DNA from: Lama guanicoe
Lineage: Eukaryota
Length of the DNA: 20,000 nt
NCBI GenBank assembly: GCA_013239625.1
Contig: MU053934.1
Span: forward strand, 2,291,395-2,311,394
Direction: 5' to 3'
Below the pieces are notes generated by a model, which was not told the DNA's origin, ran no database searches, and saw nothing but the letters and a program-made list of their open reading frames with translations. The position numbers were made by a program, and so were the translations under genes. Positions 10,458 through 20,000 of this stretch are shown here, piece after piece (within the stretch, counting starts at the first letter, position 1; each line of letters begins with the position of its first letter).

Positions 10458-11294
10458 TTGCTCAGGAACCAAACAGGAAACCGTTCTGGCTTTCTGTTTT
10501 AGACTTTTCTGAGTTGCCAGCACACTGGTCTTCCAATAAAGGTCCTACATTTGGAGAGAAAAAGGTCTGTTGTCCAGTGGAAACAAGCTGGGGAAGAAAA
10601 GAGCAGCGTGCTCTCAGCCCTTCCCCCAAATGTCTGCAGACATCCAAATGGCAGTGACCACCAAGGATGGGCCTCCTCGGGCGGATCATTGGGACCCAAT
10701 GGTACTAGTGCTGTCTGTACCAGCAGGGCCAGGTCTAGAGGTACCTGATTAAGAGGTGGGGGGCATGCACACAGTGGCTAAGGTGGACTTAGGCCCCTCT
10801 CCCAGGTACCATGGGAGCAAAGCGGGGGACCATGGACTCTGCAGGAGAGGGTCCTGGAGGGCTTCTCAGAGGAAGAGATGCCAGATTTGGGCTTTGGAGG
10901 ATGAGACTGACTTTTCCAGGTGGTTAGGAGCAGGACCTGAGTGAGCAAATACCTAGAAACCACTTGGGCATGAAATTCATCACCAGCAATATGACAGGTA
11001 CTCAGTGATAATCTGGTATGTTCAGGACTGTGCCAAGTGGTGGTGGCACAAAGGTGCATAAATAGGTGGGCTGGGGAGTGTTGGGGGTGGAGAGGGCTGG
11101 GAGGAAGCTCATGGGGTGGGAGAGTGATTTCCCCAGGGCCTCCCAGTCTGTTGGTGGCAGGTGGTCATTTATAGAGCCTGAGGCAGGATGATCTGAGCCG
11201 AGAAGGACCTGGAAAGTAAGATCTGGGGTTGTTTCTCTAAGGGTGGAAATAGCCAGATATGTAGCCTGTGGGTGGACAGAGTGTTTGACATGAG

Positions 11295-11336
11295 TGACTC
11301 AGGATCAAGGTGTATTAACTTTCATTTTCGGTTCTC
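11295..11336 (+). promoter_or_regulatory. APOL proximal promoter: AP-1 site plus IRF/ISRE element
   Basis: TGACTCA at 11295-11301. ACTTTCATTTTC at 11318-11329 (reverse complement GAAAATGAAAGT, IRF-E-like), in the same position as the ACTTTCACTTTCC element upstream of exon 1 in human APOL genes, which are interferon-inducible. Confidence 0.7.
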
Positions 11337-11339
11337 CAG

Positions 11340-11459
11340 GTTTATCCGGCCCAGAGGATGCTGTGTCTGGTTATTACACAGACGCACAGCTGGTGACTGA
11401 ATCTGCGCAGCTGAGAACATCTGGGTCTGGTTCACACTCAGCCAGAGGGAGACTCCTGG
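11340..11459 (+). other. First (probably 5' UTR) exon of an apolipoprotein L gene (APOL3-like); coding exons not seen in this window
   Basis: Conceptual translation VLTFIFGSPGLSGPEDAVSGYYTDAQLVTESAQLRTSGSGSHSARGRLL aligns with the human APOL3 long-isoform N-terminus VVTFTFPFGFQGISQSLENVSGYYADARLEVGSTQLRTAGSCSHSFKRSFL. The motif GTGTCTGGTTATTACACAGA.GCACAGCTGG matches the APOL1/2 5' UTR as recalled. Strong donor TGG|GTAAGT at 11460. APOL genes neighbour MYH9 in mammals. The 5' boundary is approximate. Confidence 0.82.
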
Positions 11460-12447
11460 GTAAGTGGAGCCCCATCTCCCCATCCTCAGCACGAGTCTCT
11501 GAGAAGAGGATGCTGGTCACTACTTGATTGTCACTGTTTTGGAGAAGAAGGGAATGGGAGCTCAGGGAGAGGAGGTGAGGGGCCCAGGACCACAGGGCAA
11601 GCAGTGCAGAGCCTGGATGTCGAAGCAGGTGGGTCTGACTGCTTCCTCCCGCCCCCTGTACCCCAAACAGAACATAGGGAGGGCGACAACTGCTCAGGTG
11701 ACTGAGATGTGAGCGGTGACCCCAGAAGGAAGGTGGTTGACCGTGGTGCCTGGTCTTTGAGAAATTTGGAGGAAGCAGAGGAGGTGGAGGAAGGGAGGAG
11801 TCAGAGCCCCTTGTCCTTGTGGCCTTGAGGCCACCCCCGAGGTGCTGTGCTGAGGCTGTGGAGGGCAAAGGGTGTTTTCAGATATGAGGAATCAAAGTTT
11901 CTCGGGCCCAACCCCCCACCCCTGTCTCTGAGTGCCTTGCTCAGTGCCCTGAGGGGAAACTGAGGCCTGAGAGCGGAGGACAGGGGACCAAGCAGGCAGT
12001 CAGTGGGGCTTTGCCTTCCTGGGCTTCCCCGGGCACTCTCTCAGGACTGTGTGAGGTGGGAGATGCAGGAGGTGGCCTGTGAGGGAAGGAGGCCCAGAGG
12101 GAGCAAGGGAGATGGGCTCCCTGCGGATTCCCGCAGTAGGGTCCCAGTTTTCCATCTTAAGAGAAAAAGCCAAACTGTAGACCTATGAGTATACGTGGAG
12201 GGGCGTGAGCTTGGACCTGTGTGTTTACACAGGCAAAGACAAATCTAGACGCTTCTGGGTTATTAAAATCCCATTTCCCCCCTTAAATACTACCAGTGTC
12301 AGAAAGACTGAGAATTTGTCTTGCTGAGAAAGCTTTCTTCAACTCCACATTATTTTTTAAATATTTCTTCCAGTGCATTTGTAGTTTTTTCTTTCTGGTT
12401 TACATTTAGATCCCTTTGGGATGGATTGATTGATCAGAAGCTATTTG

Positions 12448-12523
12448 TTTCTTCTTCCTCCTCCTCCCCCTCCCTCCTCTCTCTCCCCCTCCCTCTAGCC
12501 CTTTCTCGTCCTTCATCTCCTTC
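12448..12523. repeat. CT-rich low-complexity tract followed by an L2 3' end fragment
   Basis: Polypyrimidine run cttcttcctcctcctccccctccctcctct..., then catatttactgggtacctactg (L2 tail on the minus strand). Confidence 0.6.
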
Positions 12524-12834
12524 AAGCAGGACATATTTACTGGGTACCTACTGCCGTCAGTGAGGAACACACCATTTCTTGTATCTTCTAAGGAGCCTCA
12601 GTGTCCCAAAGTCCTGGACAAAAGTAAGGGGACCCAGTGGAAAGAGGCTGGAGGGAAGTGGCCCGACACCCAGACCTGGCCCGGCCACCCTCGGGGAGCA
12701 GAGGTTTGGGAATGTGCTGCTCAAGACTCAGGCATTATTCAGACTCGCTGGAAACCATGTTTTCCCACAATTCTCCTCCTCTTTCTCCTTCTATAAAAAA
12801 TACCATGGCTGGAGTCAGGAGACATGAGGAAATA

Positions 12835-12972
12835 CAGGTGTTCCCTGCTACCTGAAGGTCGAGTGTCCTATGAAACCTTCTGTAAACCAAGAGGGCTCAG
12901 AGTGAAGAGGGTGTAGGTCTTCCATCAAAGGATAGTGGCAGAGGGTGATCTTTGGAAAGTGGGGGATGCCCG
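12835..12972. mobile_element. Tigger-family (Tc1/mariner) MITE, internally deleted
   Basis: TA on both flanks (12833-12834, 12973-12974). Degenerate terminal inverted repeats CAGGTGTTCCCTGCT... / ...AAAGTGGGGGATGCCCG. Internal cctatgaaacctt and tgtaggtctt motifs are typical of Tigger ends. Confidence 0.7.
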
Positions 12973-13688
12973 TACATTGAAACACTCAGAAATCTGATAT
13001 ACCCGTCAAAAATACATTAAATCAGTGAGGTAATTTGTTTGAAATCTGAGCGGTGTTAATTGTTCTGTGTCAGAAAGAGCTTTTCATCAAAATACACGCA
13101 CTTGAGACGAGGGTTGTGCTGTGGCATCGACAAGCTGGTTGTTTCACGTCCCAGGAATGGCTCCCACCCCGCGTATTCTAGCCAGGCTGCGCCCGGGTGG
13201 GCAGAGGGGCCCCAGAGGCCCTGGGGCAGGACGTGCAGCAGAGGATAGACAGGGCCCCTTCCTGGGCGATGGGAGCTGAAGGAACAACACAAGTAGAACC
13301 TCAGCCAGAAAAGGCAACACTCAAGGGGGTGCCTGGAGAGTAACTGGGGGAAGCAGCAGAGCGAGGGGGCTTGGGGGCTGGGCCTCAAGGACAGGCCACC
13401 TTTCGCATGGTGAGGCAGGTGGGGAGGCATTCCAGGGGCAGGGAGCAAACGCCTGGAGGCTGGGGTGTAATCAGAGGCAAGGAAGCTGGAAGTCCTCCAG
13501 GCCCTGTGGGGGCAGGGAGTGGTGAGGAAGGCAGAGGTGGAGCAGTCAGCGGGGCCTGGCTGCTGGGCTAAGGACTTTGAACTTGGTCTAGTCTTAACCC
13601 CTCCTTTCCCTGCCCAAGGAGGATGCAGTCAAGAGCTTGATTATTATACGGGGTGGCTTCCTCTCTCAGCCTCTGATTGGTTGGTTAC

Positions 13689-13792
13689 AATCAATATCAT
13701 AAGTGATATTTTCATTGGGTAATCAGTATCTTTAACTGATATTCCTACATTAGGTAGTTAATCAGTACCTTTAAATGATTTCTTACATTGGG
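13689..13792. repeat. Three imperfect tandem copies of a ~33-35 bp unit
   Basis: aatcaatatcataagtgatattttcattgggt (13689-13720), aatcagtatctttaactgatattcctacattaggt (13721-13755), aatcagtacctttaaatgatttcttacattggg (13760-13792). Confidence 0.75.
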
Positions 13793-13807
13793 AGACGGAA
13801 TAATGTG

Positions 13808-14012
13808 AAAGTTCATGCTCTGGAGACAGGAAGCCTGGAGTTGAATTCTGGCTCTCTGCTTTGATGCTTTGAGTAAATTACTTAACCTCTCTGAGCTTCC
13901 TTTCTTACCGGATCCTTGTGGGAACGAAAATGAGTGAACGGAAACCAAGCACTTAGAACGCTGCCTGGTGCAAAGTTGGGTAGTCATCAAACACAGTAGC
14001 TAATAAATATTA
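13808..14012 (+). mobile_element. MIR SINE
   Basis: gctctggagacag...ttgaattctggctct...aaattacttaacctctctgagc...aagcacttagaac..tgcctgg. Confidence 0.8.
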
Positions 14013-14424
14013 GATACTGCATTTTCCTTTGTCTTGATTAAAAATTTTTGATATTATTGATTTACTTCCTACCTGGAGAGATAATGATTTCACTTATTTT
14101 TATACTTTTTCTTATACCCCTCCCCACCTTCTCCTAACACCATTAAATCACTAGTTTTATAATCCTCTACCAGAAAACCGTGTAATTGTAAGCACTTTAT
14201 TTACACCTTTATTTCTTAGGTCCTCAACTGCGGCCAGTGTTTCTTGATTTCTCACTTTGAGAAATGAGAGTATTTATCATCCTCCTGCCTTCAGTGCTTC
14301 CACTCCCACTTCTAGCCTTGTACTTTAGTTTTTATATTGATTGACAGCAAGTACATTTCTCATATTTAAATACTCTGTTGTGTTCTAAAAGATAAAGATC
14401 ATTTTATACTAACTATACACAAAC

Positions 14425-14502
14425 TTTAGAAGTTGTGAATCACTAAATTGTACACCTGGAAATTATGTAATATTGTATATCAACTATACTTCGATCAAAA
14501 AA
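14425..14502 (+). mobile_element. Short L1 extreme 3' end
   Basis: tgaatcactaaattgtacacctggaaattatgtaatattgtatatcaactatacttcgatcaaaaaa. Confidence 0.7.
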
Positions 14503-15329
14503 TCTCCAAAATAATCAACATAGGAAAACCAGGACTTGCACATAAATATATTTACTTTAGCTTTAGAATAACAAGAGGGTTTACATATTTGTCATGTTTT
14601 AAATGTTATTTTCTGTAGAGCTAACTTGTACTGTATAATTGCTTTTTGGCATAGCCTTAGTTTTTCCTGATGTTTCTAATTGCCTTTGTTTTTCACCCCT
14701 GGCACTGTTTATATTCAACATTCCCTCACTTTCTTCCAAACTGTGCATCATGTGAGGTATGTTATGAAGTCCCCTGTCCCCACAGACCTCTTCACGTCTT
14801 AGTCTGTTCTGTGTTGGTTGCTGTGTCAGTCAGCTACATGCTCAGCTGTAATCCATGGATTCCCTTCTCTCTGGGTTGATTTTCCTGATTGCTGGATCCC
14901 ACATCTTTCACTCTGTTGATTATCCTTCACCTCACTCCATAAATAAACACAAACATACACAAACACACACACGCCATCTTCTTCTTTTCCATGCAAGTCA
15001 TTTTCAGGTAACTTTCTAAGAAGTCTGGTGTAGACGTAAGGCTGCTGTGACTATGGGATGGGAAGTGGGGTCGGTGACCTTATCCCTTGCTCTCCCCCTC
15101 TGCCTCACTCTCATCTTGCTCCCTCTCTGGCGTCTGCCCAGCAGACCATTCTTCTCATTTGCATGCCTTCTCTCTCGTTTCTCGTTAGAAACACTCTTCC
15201 TCTCACTGACTTAATTCAGCTATCATTTCTCCATCCAGTCAGTCTTCAAACATTTGTTGAAGTCTCTGGTCTCCTGTTGCCCCCATTCTGGTCTTTTACT
15301 GACAATGGAGTAAGGAGAGGTAGGATACG

Positions 15330-15565
15330 TGTTCTTAAGCCCAGTGAGTGGGTTGGAACCCAATCTACCACAGACAAGACTTGTGACCTTGCGCAAGTCA
15401 TGTAACATCTGTGCTTCAACTTCCTTTCCTGTAAATGGGGAGACAATGGTACAAGCTCAAAGGTTATTGAAGTATATGAGCTATTATTTGTGATGTCTTA
15501 GAGCAACTACTGGTGCACAGCAAAGACCACAAACACAAGCCAGCCTTATCATTAGCTGTTATTAT
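15330..15565 (+). mobile_element. MIR SINE
   Basis: tgtgaccttgcgcaagtcatgtaacatctgtgcttcaacttcctttcctgtaaatgggga. Confidence 0.78.
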
Positions 15566-15769
15566 ACCTGTAAGTACCTTTACTATCATTTCAGTCCGAT
15601 TTCAGGAGGAGTGATTGATAAATGCCCTTTTGCCTCCTTAAAAAAGTACCTAAAGGTAATCAACATTTTTGCTTTCTTTCTTCATCTCCCAAGGCAACAT
15701 AACCACAAGCAGAACCAAAAGAATCCTCTCCAAATAAAGATCTGATATTTTTTGAACATTTATTTAAAA

Positions 15770-15910
15770 AAATCTTTATTGTGGTATAATTCCTGTATAG
15801 TAAACTACACGTTTCAGATGTACAATTTGATGAATTTTGATAGATGTATACACCCCTGAAACCACCACCACAATCAAGTTAGCTAACATTTCCATCACTC
15901 CCCAAGAGGA
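15770..15910 (-). mobile_element. Old L1M (L1MB/MC-type) 3' end
   Basis: ctttattgtggtataatt...tgtacaatttgatgaattttga...aaccaccaccacaatcaag...aacatttccatcactcc. Confidence 0.75.
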
Positions 15911-15957
15911 GCAAATTTCAAACTCTGAATTATCCCTTCCCACGCCTCTTTACCCAC

Positions 15958-18900
15958 TTTTTTTTTCTTTTTTTCTTTTTTTTCTTTTTTTTGGGGGGGG
16001 GGGATTCCACATATAAGTGCTATCATGTGGTATTTTTCTTTCTCTTTCTGGCTTACTTTACATAAAATGACAATCTCCAGGTCCATCCATGTTGCTGCAA
16101 ATGGCATTATTTTATTCTTTTTGTGACTGAGTAGTATCCCATTGTGTATGTATGTATATATATATATATATATATATACACCACAATTTCTTTATCAAAT
16201 CCTCTGTTGATGGACATGTAGATTGTTCCCGTGTCTTGGCTATTGTAAATAGTGCTGCTGTGAACATTGGGGTGCATGTGCTTTTTCGAATTACATTTTT
16301 CTCTAGATATATGCCCAGGAGTGGGATTGCTGGATCATATGGTAACTCTATTTTTAGTTCTTTAAGGAACCTACATACTTTCCCCCATAGTGGCTGCACC
16401 AATTTACATTCCCACCAACAATGTAGGAGGTTCCTTTTTCTCCACACCCTCTCCAGCATTTGTCATTTGTGGACTTTTTCATGACAGCCATTCTGACTGA
16501 TATGAGGTGTTATCTCACCGTAGTTTTGATTTTCATTTCTCTAACATTTAGTAATGTTGAGCATCTTTTCATGTGCTTGTTGTCCATCTGGATGTCTTCT
16601 TTGGAGAGATGTCTATTTAGGTCTTCTGCCCATTTTTTGATTGGGTTGCTTGCTTTTTTGATATTAAGCTGTATGAGATGTTTGTATATTTTGGAATTAG
16701 TCCCTTGTCAGTTGCATCATTTGCTAATATTTTCTCCCATTCGGTCAGTTGTCTTTTTGTTTTATTGATGGTAACCTTAGCTGTACAAAAGCTTTTAAGT
16801 TTAATTAGGTCCTACTTGCTTATTTTTGCTTTTATTTCCATTACTCAAGGAGCTGGCTTGAAAAAAATATTTCTGTGATTTATGTCAAAGAATGTTCTGC
16901 CTATGTTTTCCTCTTAAGAGCTTTATAGTATCTGGCCTTACACTTAGGTCTTTAATCCATTATTTTTGTATATGGTGTTAGAGAATGTTCAAAATCAATA
17001 TTTTATAGGTAGCTGTCCAATTTTCCCAGCACCATTTGTTGAAGAGACTGTCTCTTCTACATTGTATATTCTTGCCTCCTTTGTCATAGATTGATTGACC
17101 ATAAGTGCATGGGTTTATTTCTGGACTTTCTATCCTGTTCCATTGAGCTATGTGTCTGTTTTTGTGTCGCTGCCACACTGTTTTGATTACTGTAGCTTTG
17201 TAGTACAGTCTGAAGTCAGAGAGCATGAATCCCCCAGCTCCATTCTCCTTTTTCAAGATTGTTTCAGCTATTCAGGGTTTTTTGTGTTTCCATACAAATT
17301 TTAACATTTTTTGTTCCAGCTTTGTGAAAAATGTCATTGGCAATTTGATGAGGTTGCATTGAATCTATATATTGCCTTGGGTAGTCTGGGCATTTTAACA
17401 ATATTGATTTTTCCAACACAAGAACAGAGTATATTTTTCCACCTGTTTATGTCATCTTCAATTTCTTTCATCAGTGTCTTACAGTTTTTGGAGTATAGGT
17501 CCTTTGCCTCCTTGGGTAGATTTATTCTTAGATATTTTATTCTTCTGGATGTGATGGGAAATGGGATTCTTTTCCTAATTTCTTTTTCTGATATTTTGTT
17601 GTTAGTGTATAGAAATGCAACAGATTTCAGTATATTGACTTTGTATCCTGCAACTTTACCAAATTCATTAATGAGCTCTAGTAGTTTTCTAGTGGCATGT
17701 TTAGGATTTTCATCACAATCATGTCATCTGTAAACAGTGACAGTTTTAATTCTTCCTTTCTAATTCAGATTCCTCTGTTTATTTTCTTCTCTGATTACTG
17801 TGGCTAGGACTTCCAAGATGATGTTGAATAAAAGTGGCAAGAGTGGGCATCCTTGTTTTGTTCCTGATCTTAGAGGAAATGCTTTCAGATTTTCACCACT
17901 GAGCATGCTGTTAGCTATGGGTTTGTCATATATGGCTTTTGTTATGTTGAAGTATGTTCCCTTTATGCCTACTTTCTGGAGAGTTTTTTATTGTAAATGG
18001 ATGTTGAATTTTATCAAACGCTTTTTCTGCATCTATTGAGATGATTGTATGGTTTTTATTCTTCAGTTTATTAATGTGGTGTGTCACATTGATTGATTTG
18101 CAGATGTTGAAAAGTCCTTGTGTCCCTGGGATAAATCCCACCTGATCATGGTGTATGATCCTTTTAATGCATCGTTGGAGTCAATTTGCTAGTATTTTGT
18201 TGAGGATTTTTACATCTATGTTTATCAGTGATATTGGCCTGTAATTTTCTCTTTTTGTGATATCTTCGTCTTGTTTTGGTATCAGGGTGATGGTGGCATC
18301 ATAGAATGAGTTTAAAAGTGTTCCTTCCTCTGCTATTTTTTGGAATAGTTTCAGAATGGTAGGTGTTAACTCTTCTCTAAATGTTTGGTAGAATTCGCCT
18401 GTGAAGCCCTCTGATCCTGGACTTTTGTTTGTTGGGAGTTTTTAAATTACCGGTTCAGTTTCAGTCCTGGTAATTGGTCTGTTCATATTTTCTATTTCTT
18501 CCTGATTCAGTCTTGGCAAATTGTACCTTTCTAAGAAATTTTCCATTTCTTCTCAGTTGTTCATTTTGTTGACATATAGTTGCTCATTGTAACCTCTTAT
18601 TTTCCCTTGTATTTCTGTGGTGTCAGTTTTAATTTCACCTTTTTCATTTCTGGTTTTATTAATTTGGGCCCTCTCCCTTTGTTTCTTGATGAGTGTGTTC
18701 AAAGATTTATCAATTTTGTTTGTCTTTTCAGAGAACCAGCTTTTAGTTTCATTGATCTTTTCTATTGTTTTTTTTCAGTCTCTATTTCATTTATTTCTGC
18801 TCTAATCTTTATGATTTCTTTTCTTCTACTAACTTTGGGTTTTATTTGTTCTTCTTTCTCTTGCTGCTTTTGGTGTAAGATTAGGTTGTTTATTTGAGGT

Positions 18901-19945
18901 TGTTCTTGCTTCCTTGTATCACTATAGACTTCCTTTTTAAAAATGCTTTTGCTGCATCCCAGAGGTTTTAGATCATTGTGTTTTCATTTTCATTTGTCTC
19001 AAAGTGCGTTTTGATCTCCTCTTCAATTTCTTCAGTGATCCATTGGTTATTTAGTAGCATATTGTTTAGCCTCCATGTGTTTGAAGTTTTTGCAGTTTTT
19101 TTTCTTGTAGTTGAATTCTAAACTCCTAGCATTTTGATTGGAAAAGATACTTGGTACAATTTCAATTTTCTTGAATTGACTGAGGCTTGCTGTGTGGGAC
19201 AGCGTGTGATCTATTCCGGAGAATGTTCCTCATGCACTTGAGAGGAATGTGCATTCTATTGGTTTTGGATGGACTACTCAATAGTTATCAATTAAGTCCA
19301 TCTGGTCTAATGTGTCGTTTAGGGCCTGTATTTCCTTATTGATTTTCTGTCTAGATAATCTGTCCATTGATGTAAATGGGGTGTTAAGTTTCCCCCACTA
19401 TTGTATTATTGTTCATTTCTCCTTTATATCTGTTAACAGTTGCCTTATATACTGAGGTGCTCCTATGTTGGGTGCATATGTATTTACAATTGTTACATCT
19501 TCTTCTTGGATTGATCTCTTGAGCATTATGTAGTGCCCTTCTTTGCCTCTTGTAACAGTCTTTATTTTAAAATCTATTTTGTCTGATAAAAGTATTGCTA
19601 CTCCAGCTTTCTTTTCATTTCCATTTGTATGGAATATCTTTTTCCATCCCCTCACTTTCAGTCTGCATGTGTCTCTAGCTCAGAAGTGGGTCTCTTATAG
19701 ACAGCATATCTATGGGTCTTGTATTTGTATCCATTCAGCCAATCTGTCCTTTGGGTGAAGTATTTAATCCATTTAAATTTAAGGTAATTATCAATGCATA
19801 TGTTCTTACTCCCTTTTGTTAATTGTTTGGGGTGGTTTTGGTAGGTCTTTTTTATTTTCTCTTTCTTCTTTTTTTTCTCTTTTCTTCTGGTTTGGTGACT
19901 GTAGAGTTACACTGGTTTGAGGTTCCCATGAGGTTTTGGTATAGA
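15958..19945 (-). mobile_element. LINE-1 with near-complete but disrupted ORF2 (EN, RT, C-terminal domain); antisense to the APOL gene
   Basis: Minus-strand fragments: EN GWKKIFHTNGNEKKAGVAILLSDKIDFK...YAPN (19413-19655), [18 protein letters not shown] (17926-18141), LFTDDMI (FADD equivalent, ~17718-17738), [28 protein letters not shown] and [11 protein letters not shown]. Many stops and frameshifts. A-rich tail at 15958-15992. Confidence 0.95.
16146..16179. repeat. (TATG)n(TA)n microsatellite within L1
   Basis: Seen directly in the sequence. Confidence 0.9.
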
Positions 19946-19947
19946 AG

Positions 19948-20000
19948 TCTCTCTCTCTCTCTCTGTATGTGTGTATGAGTGTGTGTGTGTGTGTGTGTGT
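19948..20000. repeat. (CT)n(GT)n compound microsatellite
   Basis: Seen directly; runs off the end of the window. Confidence 0.9.

Noticed and set aside
10484..10703. Candidate exon with acceptor tttctgttttAG (10502) and AATAAA (10535-10540)
   Set aside because: No recognisable protein in any frame, only a weak donor, and such motifs are common by chance.
11554..11580. ATGGGAGCTCAGGGAGAGGAG|GTGAGG as a possible APOL start-codon exon
   Set aside because: No convincing acceptor upstream and no recognisable similarity to APOL N-termini.
13689..13792. CRISPR-like repeat array
   Set aside because: The context is mammalian, the units are adjacent without unique spacers, and there are no cas genes.
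15014..15022. GAS-like TTCTAAGAA in the presumed APOL intron
   Set aside because: A single 9-mer with no supporting context; the same motif also occurs inside the L1 near 18530.
16152..19758. Hydrophobic plus-strand ORFs resembling membrane proteins
   Set aside because: They are antisense readings of the A-rich L1 ORF2.

Overview
This is mammalian genomic DNA, most likely camelid, judging by a Vic-1-type tRNA-Ala-derived SINE and a young L1 3' end. All homologies below are recognised from memory, not from a database search. Bases 1-2.7 kb hold a decayed, intron-containing duplicate of MYH9 (non-muscle myosin IIA heavy chain). It has counterparts of exons 13, 14 and 20 with intact splice dinucleotides, but exons 15-19 and everything after exon 20 are absent, and exon 14 is frameshifted. 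About 8.6 kb downstream on the same strand lies the first exon of an apolipoprotein L (APOL) gene (11340-11459). This exon resembles the 5' exon of human APOL1/2/3 and is preceded by an AP-1 site and an IRF/ISRE element. The rest is interspersed repeats (MIR, L2, MER20, MLT1 LTRs, a Tigger MITE, old L1M fragments) plus a ~4 kb antisense L1 in the presumed APOL intron. No intact protein-coding gene lies in the window, and nearly all ORF-track entries are spurious. The best lead is an apparent co-duplicated 'MYH9 fragment + APOL' cassette, whose APOL first exon also carries a strong splice acceptor that could allow chimeric read-through transcripts.
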